From contig JBHGNT010000007.1 of the NCBI GenBank assembly GCA_043228905.1, positions 16,678,001 to 16,742,000 of the forward strand: 64,000 nucleotides of DNA, read 5' to 3'. The position numbers were made by a program, and so were the translations under genes. Numbering within the stretch: the first letter of the stretch is position 1; the number at the start of each line of letters is the position of its first letter. Under the pieces are notes generated by a model. It did no database searches. It was given only the letters and a program-made list of their open reading frames with translations, and had not been told where the DNA came from. Origin of the DNA: Azolla caroliniana. Taxonomy: Eukaryota; Plantae; Polypodiophyta. Shown piece after piece: positions 18,408-30,882 of the stretch.

Positions 18408-21400
18408 ATCTGTGCAGCCCATTAGTGGTTCCATTCCCTCTAAGCAAGTTAGTGATGTGTTCGTAGCCCAAGTAGCAGTTAGTACTAAAAGTACCCCTCC
18501 AGTACATACCTTAGCACTTCTAGATTCCGGAGCTAATTCTTGCTTTATGGATAGGAATTTTGCCCAAGCCCATCAGATATCCCTCAGTAAGCTCCCGTGT
18601 CCAGCCTCAGTAGTAGTCATTGATGGTCGTCCCATTGCTTCTGGGAATATCATAGAAGAGTCAGAACCTGTTAATATTGTCCTAGATAACTTAGCATGTG
18701 TAGTGTCGTTTAATATTATTAGTATCCCAGAACATCCCATAGTTTTAGGATTACCATGGTTCGAATTACACAATCCAAACATAGATTGGAGAACAAGGGC
18801 AATCCGGTGTCGACAAACCCAAAAGACAATGGCAACCATTTCGCTACATCAGTTGCGTGAAGAAGGGCGCAAGGAGGAGATGTTCCTTTTCGCAATATCA
18901 GTAAACCCCTCCATCACCACTAAAGAAGACAGTACTGTTCAACTCCCCGAGAAGTATCGTCAGTACGCTGATGTGTTCGATAAAGTACAAGCCAACACAC
19001 TTCCTCATCATCGGCCGTACGATTGCGCCATCGACTTACAACCGGGAAAAGAGCCGCCATGGGGGCCGATCTACAGTTTGTCACCAACCGAGCTAGAAGT
19101 CCTTCGAGCCTATATAGAGGAGAATTTGGAGAACGGTTTCATTCGGCATTCGAAATCTCCAGCCGGCGCACCCATTTTCTTCGTCAAGAAAAAAGATGGC
19201 TCGCTTCGACTTGTTGTAGATTACCGTGGCTTGAATAAGGTTACAATAAGAAATAGGTATGCTCTTCCCCTTATCTCAAGTCTTTTAGAACGAATCAATG
19301 GTGCCAGGTTCTTCACGAAGATCGATTTACGAGGAGCCTATAACCTCGTACGAATCCGACCAGGAGATGAATGGAAGACCGCGTTTCGCACCAGATATGG
19401 GCACTTCGAGTATACGGTCATGCCGTTCGGACTCACTAATGCGCCAGCAGTCTTCCAGCACATGGCGAATGATATATTTCGAGATCTATTGGATGATTTT
19501 CTGATCATCTATTTAGATGATCTACTGGTTTATTCAAAGACCCAAGAAGAACATGATTCTCATGTACTATTAGTACTAAAACGACTTCGAGAACATGGGC
19601 TATATGCAAAGCTAGAGAAATGTAGTTTCGGGTGCAACCAGGTGGAATTTCTCGGATATGTCATCTCCTCAGAAGGCATCTCTATGGACCCAGCTAAGGT
19701 CAAAACGGTGGTAGAATGGCAAACTCCGCGTTCGGTGCGGGATGTGCAGTGCTTCCTAGGCTTTGCAAATTTTTACCGGAAGTTCATACAAGACTACTCA
19801 AAAATAGTTCTGCCTCTCACACAGCTCACCAGGAAAGGACAATCATTTATCTGGTCTAAAGAAACGGACATGGCTTTCGAGAGTCTTAAGAAGGCGTTCA
19901 CATCAGCTCCAATTCTAGGTCATGTGGATCCGGAACAACCATTCATTATCGAAGCTGACGCATCTGATTTCGCATTGGGGAGCATTTTGTCACAACAGGG
20001 TAATGACGAGAAGCTGCATCCTGTGGCTTTCCACTCCCGTAAGTTTGACGCTGCCGAAATCAACTACGAAATTCACGATAAAGAGCTATTGGCAATAGTT
20101 GATTCTTTTATACAGTGGAGGCATTTTCTCGAGGGATCTCCTCATCAAGTCACTGTATTCAGTGACCACAAGAACCTTGCCTACTTTCAAGATGCTCGTG
20201 TACTGAATCGACGTCAAGCTCGATGGGCCCACTTCCTCACACGCTTCGACTTCAAAATTACATATCATCCGGGGAAGCACCAAGGGAAGGCAGATGCATT
20301 ATCACGACGTTCGTATCTAACACCACGTCCCGGGGAGCCAGCTTTCGATAACCAGAAGCAAGTAATCTTGGGACCAGCACGACTACAAGGAGCACAGGTC
20401 TTTGACATGCCCATGGACTCTGACGTCACCAATACTATACGTGAGGACTTGAAGACTGACGCCTTCGCCCAAGCTATACTAGCACAAATTGATCCCTGTC
20501 GAGCGTCATGTTCACAGTCACAACCACCAGGTACTGACTATCGGCAATTTAAATACTGTGATGGATTACTCTTCTTTAAAGAACTTTTGTATGTTCCTAA
20601 TGGTTCTTGCCGCCTTCGAGTAGTACAAAACTGCCATGACACATATACAGCAGGACATTTCGGTAGTACTAAAACATTAGATTTAGTACAACGATCATTC
20701 TGGTGGCCCCGTATGCAACAATTTGTCAAAGATTTTGTTCGGACTTGTGACACCTGTTGCAGAGCGAAAATGCCAAGGCATCATCCATATGGTTTATTAG
20801 AACCATTACCAATTCCAAGCAAGCCATGGCAATCCATTGCTCTCGACTTCATCACAGATCTTCCAGTCTCTAAGGAGTTCAACGCGATTCTAACAGTGGT
20901 GGATCGATATACGAAGATGGCTCATTTCTTACCATGTACTAAGGAAATATCTAGTGAAGACACCGCCGAAATTGTCATGCGGGAAGTATGTCGGCATCAT
21001 GGACTTCCCGATAGTATCATTAGCGATCGTGGACCCCAGTTTGTATCCAAATTCTGGAAGCACCTTTTTAAGATGCTCAAGGTGACTTGTAACCTCTCCT
21101 CCGGCTACCACCCACAAACCGACGGTCAAGCCGAACGAACAAATCAAACATTGGAGCAGTATCTGCGGTGCTTTCTCAGCTATCATCAGGATGACTGGGC
21201 AGATATTCTTCACTTCGCCGAATTTGCCTATAATAACGCTATCCACGCATCGACTAAAGTTACGCCATTCTATGCTTATACGGGATGTCATCCCCGGTGG
21301 TCTGTCCTTGAAGTCCCAGAAGTGTCCACAAATCCGTGCGCGGAGGATCGTTTGGAGCGATTACGCAAGATACAAGAAGATTTATCTACTCAACTCCAGC

Positions 21401-21942
21401 ATGCTCAACAATCACACAAGGACTACGCAGATCGTCATCGACTTCCATCCAGTTTTAACATTGGGGATCGGGTGTGGCTGCTACGACGACACATCAAGAC
21501 TACTCGCCCATGTGAAAAATTGGATTATCGGCGATTAGGTCCTTTCCGTATTATCGGAAAGATTAATGATGTCGCTTTTCGTCTCGATCTACCTCCGCAA
21601 CTTCGGATACATCCGGTATTTCATAGTTCCCTCCTTGAACCTTATCACGAGAGCACTATCCCAGGACGGATTACACAACCTCCACCTCCTATCGAGCTTG
21701 AAGATGGACCTGAGTATGAGGTCGCTGCCATCCTTGATTCCAAGATTGTTCGCAATAAGCTCTACTATCTAGTCGATTGGCTAGGGTATAGTCCCAGCGA
21801 GCGTACTTGGGAGCCGATCGAGAACGTGACCAATGCTCGTGCTCTTCTTGAAGACTTCCATCGTCGATATCCAGAGAAACCGGGTCCTCAATCTAAAACG
21901 ACTCGTGGAACTCGTCGTTTTAAAGGGGGGATAGTGTCATAA
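18394..21942 (+). CDS. Pol of family B (PR-RT-RNaseH-INT-chromodomain), probably expressed by a -1 frameshift near 18355
   Basis: 1182 aa ORF with LDSGA, YLDD, DASD, integrase and group-I chromodomain; the frame is open from 18358 and is -1 relative to gag. Confidence 0.95.
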   Translation: MDSPRSVQPISGSIPSKQVSDVFVAQVAVSTKSTPPVHTLALLDSGANSCFMDRNFAQAHQISLSKLPCPASVVVIDGRPIASGNIIEESEPVNIVLDNLACVVSFNIISIPEHPIVLGLPWFELHNPNIDWRTRAIRCRQTQKTMATISLHQLREEGRKEEMFLFAISVNPSITTKEDSTVQLPEKYRQYADVFDKVQANTLPHHRPYDCAIDLQPGKEPPWGPIYSLSPTELEVLRAYIEENLENGFIRHSKSPAGAPIFFVKKKDGSLRLVVDYRGLNKVTIRNRYALPLISSLLERINGARFFTKIDLRGAYNLVRIRPGDEWKTAFRTRYGHFEYTVMPFGLTNAPAVFQHMANDIFRDLLDDFLIIYLDDLLVYSKTQEEHDSHVLLVLKRLREHGLYAKLEKCSFGCNQVEFLGYVISSEGISMDPAKVKTVVEWQTPRSVRDVQCFLGFANFYRKFIQDYSKIVLPLTQLTRKGQSFIWSKETDMAFESLKKAFTSAPILGHVDPEQPFIIEADASDFALGSILSQQGNDEKLHPVAFHSRKFDAAEINYEIHDKELLAIVDSFIQWRHFLEGSPHQVTVFSDHKNLAYFQDARVLNRRQARWAHFLTRFDFKITYHPGKHQGKADALSRRSYLTPRPGEPAFDNQKQVILGPARLQGAQVFDMPMDSDVTNTIREDLKTDAFAQAILAQIDPCRASCSQSQPPGTDYRQFKYCDGLLFFKELLYVPNGSCRLRVVQNCHDTYTAGHFGSTKTLDLVQRSFWWPRMQQFVKDFVRTCDTCCRAKMPRHHPYGLLEPLPIPSKPWQSIALDFITDLPVSKEFNAILTVVDRYTKMAHFLPCTKEISSEDTAEIVMREVCRHHGLPDSIISDRGPQFVSKFWKHLFKMLKVTCNLSSGYHPQTDGQAERTNQTLEQYLRCFLSYHQDDWADILHFAEFAYNNAIHASTKVTPFYAYTGCHPRWSVLEVPEVSTNPCAEDRLERLRKIQEDLSTQLQHAQQSHKDYADRHRLPSSFNIGDRVWLLRRHIKTTRPCEKLDYRRLGPFRIIGKINDVAFRLDLPPQLRIHPVFHSSLLEPYHESTIPGRITQPPPPIELEDGPEYEVAAILDSKIVRNKLYYLVDWLGYSPSERTWEPIENVTNARALLEDFHRRYPEKPGPQSKTTRGTRRFKGGIVS

Positions 21943-22432
21943 CTAGACTCGAACCTATAACCTGTTGTTACATGGGTCGAGTCTTTACCGTTATATTATA
22001 CATTGTAATTCGAAGTATATTATTTTCATTTATATTTTATTAGGAAATGGATGTATATTCCAGATTTCTCTGGAACATTCTAGAAACTTCAGGAGTATTC
22101 CTGAAGACACTATAAAAGGAGGCGCAAGGCATTAGTTCGAACCAAATCGGTTCAACGCCAGTCTTAAGCCTTCTAGCTGTTATTGTATATTTTCCTTCAC
22201 CTAATACATATATCCTTCGTATCATCATTCTCTCTCTCTCTCTCTCTCTCCCTCTCACTCGTTCCTTCTCTCAACGTTCTACACCTCTCATAGTACTAAT
22301 CCTTCTCTGTCTTAGTACTGTTCTCAACAATTGTACTAATCCTTCTTTTAGTACTAATTCCTTCTCCGCCTAGGTAGCGTTCCTGACACCATTTACTCTT
22401 CAATATAATAATTCCTTTTCAATTATCTCTCT

Positions 22433-22483
<51 letters not shown>

Positions 22484-22589
22484 AACCCTCTCTCTCTCTT
22501 GACAGTTTGAACCAATTTTTCTTTCATTTCTTCGTCTTCCACAAACCCTAACAAGTTCTCTTCTTCCTTCTCCTCTCCCCTCATAAGCT

Positions 22590-25500
22590 ATGGATTCCTT
22601 GAGCAAACAAGAATAAATGTGTGTTCTTTCTGAGCTCGACATGCTCACAAATAAATTTTTGGCATTAGAGCATGAGAATCAAAGGCTACTTGGAGACCTA
22701 CAACAAGTGAGGACCGAAAAAGCTCAACAGTATGAAGAGTTATCACAGCGGGTTCATCAACTCGAGATGACTATATTGTCATTATGCGAACAAGCGTTGG
22801 GGGCTCAGAACTCCCCTAGAGAGCCAAAGATCGGCCTCCCCGCCAAGTTTGATGGTACGAGATCTTTATTTCGAGGCTTTTTGAATCAAGTTCATCTGGT
22901 TATTCATCTACATCCTAATTGGTATCCAGCTGACGCTGCTCATGTGGGATTAGTGGGAACTTTGCTATGCAGTACGATGTTAGCATGGCTCGCACCACTC
23001 CTCGAGAAGAAATCACCATTGCTTGAGGATTTCGAGGCATTTGTTAAAGAATTTCAAGCTAGTTTCGGAGACACCGACAACACTAAGACAACAATAAACA
23101 AGATTTGAAGGCTCCAACAAGGAGATCATCCCTCGTCGGCTTATGCAACCGATTTTCGTCTCTTGGCATGCGATATCCCTTGGGATGAGGCAGCCTTAAT
23201 GGATCAATTCCGTCAAGGTTTGCGAAATGATGTCAAAGATCTTCTTCTTACTTTCCCTAAAGATCCGAAGTCGCTTACAAAAGCCATTAGTCGAGTCGTG
23301 CGATGTGATAATCGCCTATTTGAGCGACGTTCTGAGCGCCAACAAATGTTACGTTGCCAACCTGAACAAACTTACGCTTCCGTAGTCGCAAAGCCTCTAC
23401 AAGTTTCTAGACCCATTACAAGGAATGGCCCAACTCCGATGGAATTAGAGTCAACACAACGACGTGGGCCGTTATCAGATGCTGAAAAGCAACGACATCG
23501 AGCGCATCACCTCTACCTGTATTGTGGCAGTCTAGGACATATAACTGTAAATTGTCCACATAAACCTAGGCATAAGTATACCAAGTAAGTGCCTATGAAA
23601 ACCCTACATAGAGTTCCATTGTTACTACTAATAACATAAGTAAGCCTCATAATCCATGCCATGAGAATAGATTCGATGTCTTGAGCCAATTAGAGGATGT
23701 GTTAAACGAGTAAGTCCGGCCAAAATAGGAGCCATTTGGCTGGACCATCCTAGACAAGTAGAGTTAGTTCCTAGTCACGGTTCCATTTCATCAAATCAAG
23801 TGAGTAGAGTTTTTTCAACACAAGTCGAGCTTACCACATCCTAGCCTCTGCCCTCCTAGATTCTGGAGCCAACTCTTGTTTTATGGATCGTGAATTTGCC
23901 TTGTCACAAAACATCCTCTTGAATAAGATTCCCAGCCCAGTAGCCGTAGGAGTCATTGATGGACGTCCCATAACATCAGGAGATATAGTCAAGGAGTCTG
24001 AGCCAATTAGGATTGTCCTTGGTGATTTGGCAAGCATAATCTCTTTCAACATTACTCGTAGTCCGGAACACCCAATAGTTCTAGGTCTCCCTTGGTTTGA
24101 ACTCCATAACCCGAAGATTGATTGGATGGAAAGAACAATTGGGGAGACCCGGGAAAAAAGCACAAATCCCGCATCCCTCTTGCCTACATGTGATAATAGA
24201 CCATCTCTTTACAATAGTTGCGGGAGGAAGGGGGAAACAAGGCCATGTTCGTCTTTGCAATAGTAGCAACTCCATCATCCACTTCACGTGAAGCAGACAT
24301 TAAACTACCAGAGAAATACAAAGAGTTCTCAGATGTCTTTGATAAGGTGAAGGCCAATACATTGCCGGAGCATCGACCATACGACTGCCCTATTGACTTA
24401 CAACTAGGGAAAGAACCCCCAATTTATAACCTCTCCCCTATAGAGCTAGAGACTTTGTGGAAATATATTGATGAGAATCTGGCAAACGGATTCATTCGAC
24501 ATTCTAGATCCCCTGCTGGTGCACCTATCTTCTTTGTTAAGAAGAAGAATGGGACTCTTCGGTTGGTCATGGATTATTGAGGGCTAAACAAAGTGACTAT
24601 CCGGAATAGATATGCTCTACCGTTAATCCCGAATCTTTTGGAACGTTTCAGTGGTGCAAAATATTTCATGAAGTTGAACCTTCATGGAGCATATAATCTA
24701 GTTCGGATTCACATGGGGGATGAATGGAAGGCAGCTTTTCGCACTTGCTATGGACATTTTGAGTATATTGTGATGCCATTCGGTCTCACGAATGCACCTG
24801 CTATTTTCCAACATATGGCGAACGATATTTTTTGAGATTTTCTTGATATCCTCACTATAGTTTACCTAGATGATATTTTAATCTACTCGAAGACCCAAGA
24901 GGAGCATGACGAACAAGTTCGTCAGGTACTGCATCGACTCCGAGAATATGGTCTCTACGCAAAATTAGAAAAGTGTAGTTTCGGCCAAAATCAAGTAGAA
25001 TTTTCAGGGTATGTTGTATCATCAGATGGTATTGTTATGGACCCCATGAAGGTACAAGCAATTTTAGAGTGGCAAATGCCCCTTTCAGTACATGATGTGC
25101 AATGTTTTCTTGGGTTTGCAAATTTTTATCAAAAATTTATTAAAGATTATTCCAAGGTGGTGCTTCCGCTTACTCAACTCACACATAAAAATCAGCCATT
25201 TATATGGAGTTCAGATGCAGTCGAGGCATTCGAAAGCTTAAAACGAGCATTTACAATGACACCTATCTTAGCACATGTCGACCCAACAAAATGCTTCATC
25301 CTTGAAGTGGATCCATCCGATTTTGCACTAGGGACTGTCCTCTCGCAGACTAGAGATGATGGACAGCTACACCCTGTCGCCTTTCATTCACGAAATTTTG
25401 AAGCTGCAGAGATCAACTACGAGATCCATGACAAAGAGCTTCTTGCAATTGTGGATTCCTTCCAATAGTGGTGACATTTTCTAGAAGGTTCTTCTCAGCA

Positions 25501-26484
25501 AATCATTATCTACAATGATCATAAGAACCTGACTTATTTCCAAAATGCTCAAGTCTTGAGTCGGCGACAAGCTCGGTGGGTGCAATATTTGACTCACTTC
25601 GACTTTATCATCATATATCACCCTGGGATGCAGCAAGGCAAAGTAGATGCTCTTTCTCGGCGCTCTTGTATGGAACTTCGTCTAGGGGAACCTGCATTTG
25701 AGCATCAAAAACAAATCATTTTGGCTCCTAATCGCTTACGATTAATAGTAGTTAATGCCATAACAACTCTTGAATATTCCACTCTTCTTGATTCCATTCG
25801 AGGTCATATGGCCACTGATGATTTCGCCAAGGATGTTTTGGATCATATCGTCTTGGATCGTGCTTCTTCCTCACGGTCGAAAAATCCTTGTAATGACTAT
25901 TGTCAGTTCTATTGGCATGGTGGTTTTCTGTTTCGACAAAACCTATTGTATGTTCCTGATGGTCCCCCACGACTACAAGTTTTACAACATTGCGATGACA
26001 CACCAATGGCTGCTCATTTTGGAGTTCGCAAGACTCTAGAATTAATTTCGACGCTATTGGTGGCCTCGCCTTCGTTATTTTGTTGAGGAGTATGTTCGCA
26101 GTTGTGATATATGTTGTCGATCAAAGAGTCCTCGTCACCAATACTATGGCTTACTACAACCACTTCCCATTCCGGAAAATCCTTGGAAGTTTATATCCTT
26201 GGATTTCATTACTGATCTCCCAGTTTCAAAAGGTTTTGATGCAATTCTCACAGTGGTTGATCGATTTACCAAAATGGCACATTTCTTGCCATGTACGAAG
26301 TCGATTACTAGTTGAGAGGTGGTCGATCTCGTTATGCGGGAGGTATTTAAGCAGCATGGTCAGCCGGATGATATTATTTGTGATCGTGGTCCACGATTCA
26401 ACTCAAAGTTTTGGAAGCACATGTTCAAACTTCTCCACATTTCGGTTAAGCTTTCTTCGGGCTATCATCCCGAAACAAATGGCC
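22590..26484 (+). pseudogene. Family C gag-pol with many stops and frameshifts
   Basis: Fragment ORFs from 22617-23108 through 26319-26543 align with family A gag and pol. Confidence 0.9.
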
Positions 26485-27029
26485 TGATGAGAAATGCGCA
26501 GAATATCACTTGGCCACAACTGAGTAGTAAAACACTTCTATAAATATCAAACATAGAAATGGGAAGTGGAGAGTACACAAGAAAAATGACACAAGATGTT
26601 TACGTGGAAAACCCATAGACTCCAAACTATCACTATGGAGAGAAAGGGGTACAATAAGAGACTCGGAGGCAACGACCTCTAGCTCTGTTTCTTCGCACAG
26701 TGGTGGTTATGACAAAATATCGCTCTGTATCTCTCTCTCTCCCTCTCTCTCTGTACAACAGTTACAACAATATAACAACGACACAATCACACACACTCTA
26801 AAGTGATTGCCCTAAGTCATATTTATAGTTATATGAACTTAGGGCTATTTACAAATATAGCCTCAATGGGCTTATTCAAGACATATTTACAAATCTGTCT
26901 TCTCTTCCTGTTCTCACCGGGTCCACCGATCTGGTTTCCGGATCTCTTTCGGTTCTCACCGGTTCCTCTTTATTCATCGCCGGATCCCATCCAGAGAGAC
27001 CTATTTCCCAACAATCTCCCCCTTCACTC

Positions 27030-30000
27030 CGGTATGGGATGTCTTGTAAGTCCAATCCGCTTTCGGCATGTGTCTAGCTTGTTGGGTGTCAACACCTTGG
27101 TCAGCATATCCGACCCATTCTCCTCCGTGTGGATCTTCGTTAGCATGAACTCTCGATCTTCAACTCCCTCCCGAATCCATTGCTATCTACGTTGGATGTG
27201 CTTCTTTTTGGAATGGTATGTCGCGTTCTTTGCAAGGTGGATGGCACTTTGACTGTCGTAGTAGAGCCAATATTCCTCTTGCCGAATCCCTAGCTCTCCG
27301 ATGAAGTCCTTCATCCATAATATTTCCTTGCCGACTTCCACAGCTGCCATGTACTCCGCCTCTGTCGTTGACAACGCAACTATCTTCTGCAGCCTCGACT
27401 ACCACGAAATGGGTCCCCCTGCATAGGTCATGATATACCCAGAAGTTGACCGGCTGGTATCCACATCAGCCGACATATCCGAATCGGCAAATCCTTCCAT
27501 GAGGGGTTTACCGAAGCCAAATCAAAGTCACATACTCGAAGTGCCCTTCAAGTTCTAGAGTATCCATTTTACCGCATTCCAATGCTCTTTTCCGGGGTTG
27601 GTCATAAACCGACTCACCACTCTGACTACGTATCCAATGTCCGGTCGAGTACACACCATTGCGTACATCAAGCTCTCGACTACAGAGGCATATGGAATCT
27701 TCATCATATCCGCCTTCTCTGCCTTTGTCTTCCGGTTTGCTTACCTGATAATCTACAGTTTGCCGAGAGTGTCGATCCGACCGGTTTTGCTTCTGACATG
27801 TTAAACCGCTGAAGCACCTTTGTCACGTACTTTTCCTATGATAGCCACAATTGCTTCTTCGACCGGTCCCGGATGATGTGCATCCCCAGTATCTATCTTG
27901 CCAGACCCAAGTCTTTCATTGAGAAGGTCCAGTTAAGGGCCTTCTTCAGCAACTGTATCTTCACTTGGTCTCGTCCGACGATCAACATGTCGTCCACGTA
28001 CAGGAGCAATATCAGGAAATCTCCTCCATCAAATTTCTTCACAAACACGCAGTGATCAGCCTGCGTCTTGTGGTACCCTTGATCGGTCATGAAGGAGTCA
28101 AACTTCCAGTACCATTGCTGGGGAGCTTCTTCAATCCATATAAGCTCTTCTTCAACCAGCACACCAGGTGCTACTTCCCTTTCTTCTCAAATCCTTCTGG
28201 TTGATGCATGTAGATCTCTTCTTCGAGATCTCCGTGTAGGAATGCCCTCTTGACATCCAGTTGCTCTACCTCGAGGTTTATGCTTGCTGTTATGCCCAAG
28301 ACCGTCCGAATGGATGTCATCTTTACTACCGGGGCAAAGATCTCATCAAAGTCCACTCCATTCTTCTACTGGAAGCCCTTCACCACGATTCTGGCCTTAT
28401 ACCTTGGTGGATTTCCGGTGTCTCCCGGTTTCAGCTTGTACACCCACTTGTTCCGGAGTGTCCTCTTTCCTTTCGGCAACTCCACCAATTCGTATCTGTG
28501 GTTCTCATGCATGGATTCCATCTCATCCTACATGGCACTCAACCACTTGCGGTTGTGGGTGTCTCCCCTTGCTTCTTCAAAGCATTCCGGCTTCCCCCCA
28601 TCGGTTAGCAACACATGCTCTGCATCCGGAAATCTTCGGGGGGCTCTTCTCTCCTGGATAGGATATCTCCATCCTTGGTTTCTGACTGCTAGTTCCTCCG
28701 TTTGTTCATCATCCGAATCCGATTCGGGATCTTGTCTGGTTCCAGTGTCTCCTTCTTCTTCTTCGGTCGGTTCGGTTTCCTGTCCGTATCCGGGCGGTTC
28801 GTCGAGTGTCATCCGATTACCGGCTAACATCCGGTTTTCAACCGGGTAAATCCTTTTGTCCTCAAGCTGGTTTTCAATGGATGATCCGGAGTTCGTTACC
28901 TTCTTCTCCAACTCCCAATCGGCAATGGTCATGTCTTCCATGAATACTATGTCCCGACTCCGGAACACCTTTCTGTCGACTAGATCCCACACCCGGTAAT
29001 CGAACTCATCATGGCCATATCCAAGGAATATGCATGGCCAGGACTTTAGATCCAGCTTTGCTCTCTTGTCCTTCGCCATATGCACGTATGCGAGACACCC
29101 GAACACCTTCAGATGCCGGTAAGACACATCCTTACCGGTCCGTACTTTATGCGGTGAGTCTCTGTCCAAGGGTAATGAGGGTGATCTGTTTATCACATAG
29201 GTCATCATCGTCAGTGCCTCAGCCCAGAACGTCTTGGGTAACTTGGAATGTGCGAGCATCCTCCGGGCTCTCTCCATTATGGTTTGGTTCATCCTTTCGC
29301 TAGCCCGTTTAGTTCCGGCATCTTCGGCATGGTGAATTGGAGCCAGATTCCCTTCGACCGGCAGTACTCCTCGAATTGATCCCAGTATTCTCTTCCGTTG
29401 TCTGCTCGAACCGCCTTTAGCTTCCGGCCGGTTTCTCTTTCCACTCTCGCGTGGAGTTCCTTGAAGACGGTTAGCACCTCATCCTTCGTCTTCAACGGTG
29501 AGACCCACAACTGCCGACTATGGTCATCTATGAACGTCACGAAGTACTGCGATCCAGCATGTGACTTCGTGTCTGCTTGACACACATCGGTATGCACCAA
29601 CTCCAGTGGTGCATTCTATCTCAGCGGTGGTCTTGACCGAAAGGAGGTTTGGTTTTGTTTACCGGCCAGGCAATCGGTGCACTTCTCAAGTTGCACGTCC
29701 TTCACCAGAATGAGGTTGTCTTCGGCAAGCCTCTTCATCCCCTTCTCACTCATGTGACACAGTCTTCGGTGCCACAACTCATTGGCAGTGTCAGATGCTA
29801 CGTTCACTTCTTCCCGGCATATCCGAGCATGCATCAAGTACAGTGTGTTGACCTTCCGGGCTCGGACCACTATTAAGCTCCCTTTGCAGAACTTCATGAC
29901 ACCATTTCGGATGCTACCTGTGTAGCCTTCATCATCTAATTGACCGGCTGATATCAGATTCAGTCGAACATCCTTTAGCAGCAACTTGCATCCGGTTGAT

Positions 30001-30261
30001 GTTGTCAACAGGACATCTCCTTCACTTGCCGCGATCGCCATCGTTCCCTTCCGGTCCAGGCCTCGCCGATCCGAACCGTTTCGGTCCGGTGACTTCTTCA
30101 AATCGGTACTGTCGGTTCCCTTGGCTTTCCGGAAATGCCGACAGTTCTTTTGGAAGTGCACCGGCTTGCAACAATAGAAGTAAGTGGGCCTCAACCTTGA
30201 CTTTGACCGCGTCCCCGACTTTTCCGAGTTTAGGGGACTCCGATTCCTTTGTCTTCCGCGT
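27030..30261 (-). pseudogene. Copia pol (INT-RT-RNaseH order) with gag Zn knuckle remnant
   Basis: LWHRRLCH, VHTDV, DVKRAFLHGDLEEEIYM, LLYVDDML and STTEAEY motifs in broken ORFs. Confidence 0.9.
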
Positions 30262-30882
30262 TGTCATGACGATTTTCGGCTACGGTGTGAAACCGAGTGA
30301 GACGAATAAACCAAGGATGTGCAACATTGCACATACACTTAGCAAATAAGCCTCCTAAGGCCTAGTGGCACTTGAGTTCATACAGAGGGGTGCAAGCAAG
30401 GTTTGAACCTTACACCTCTAAGATAGAAGATATTTGGCTTACCACTAGGACAACTATCATATAGTGTAGATTTTATGTATTTCCTTTTCATATACAAATT
30501 ATAGACGAAACAACCATAGAAAACCATGTGCACAAAACCATGATTCTAAACCCATGGTTTGTGCATGACATAAGCAAAACCGTGTGCACAAAACCATGGT
30601 TTTAGCCCATGGTTTTGTGCATGTCACAAGCATGGAAAGACCTATAAAAGCCTCTAGTTGGGCTTGTGTAAGGGGGGCTCAATATGTGATCACCAACACC
30701 ACTATCATCAATATAATTATATTCGTCTTTATCTTCTTCATATTTTTCTTCTTCTCAAGTGAACAAATTTCATCAAATCTTACATTGATCGTCCTCTCTT
30801 CGATAATTCCGCGAACGTCCTCCCCAGTCCAAGACCTCGGTGGTCGCTCGAGTAGCACATGCACGCGCGAATCTTCGCGACA
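30262..30882 (+). repeat. LTR of family E (related to 54483-55346)
   Basis: TGTCATGACG...TCGCGACA termini, TATAAAA at about 30643; first ~80 bp similar to 54483 onward. Confidence 0.75.

Larger units (their letters stand above)
16626..22388 (+). mobile_element. Family B chromovirus, intact and very young
   Basis: 454-bp LTRs 16626-17079 and 21935-22388 with no difference seen by eye; 5-bp TSD CCATT (16621-16625 / 22389-22393); open gag and pol; PPT AAAGGGGGGA before 21935. Confidence 0.97.
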
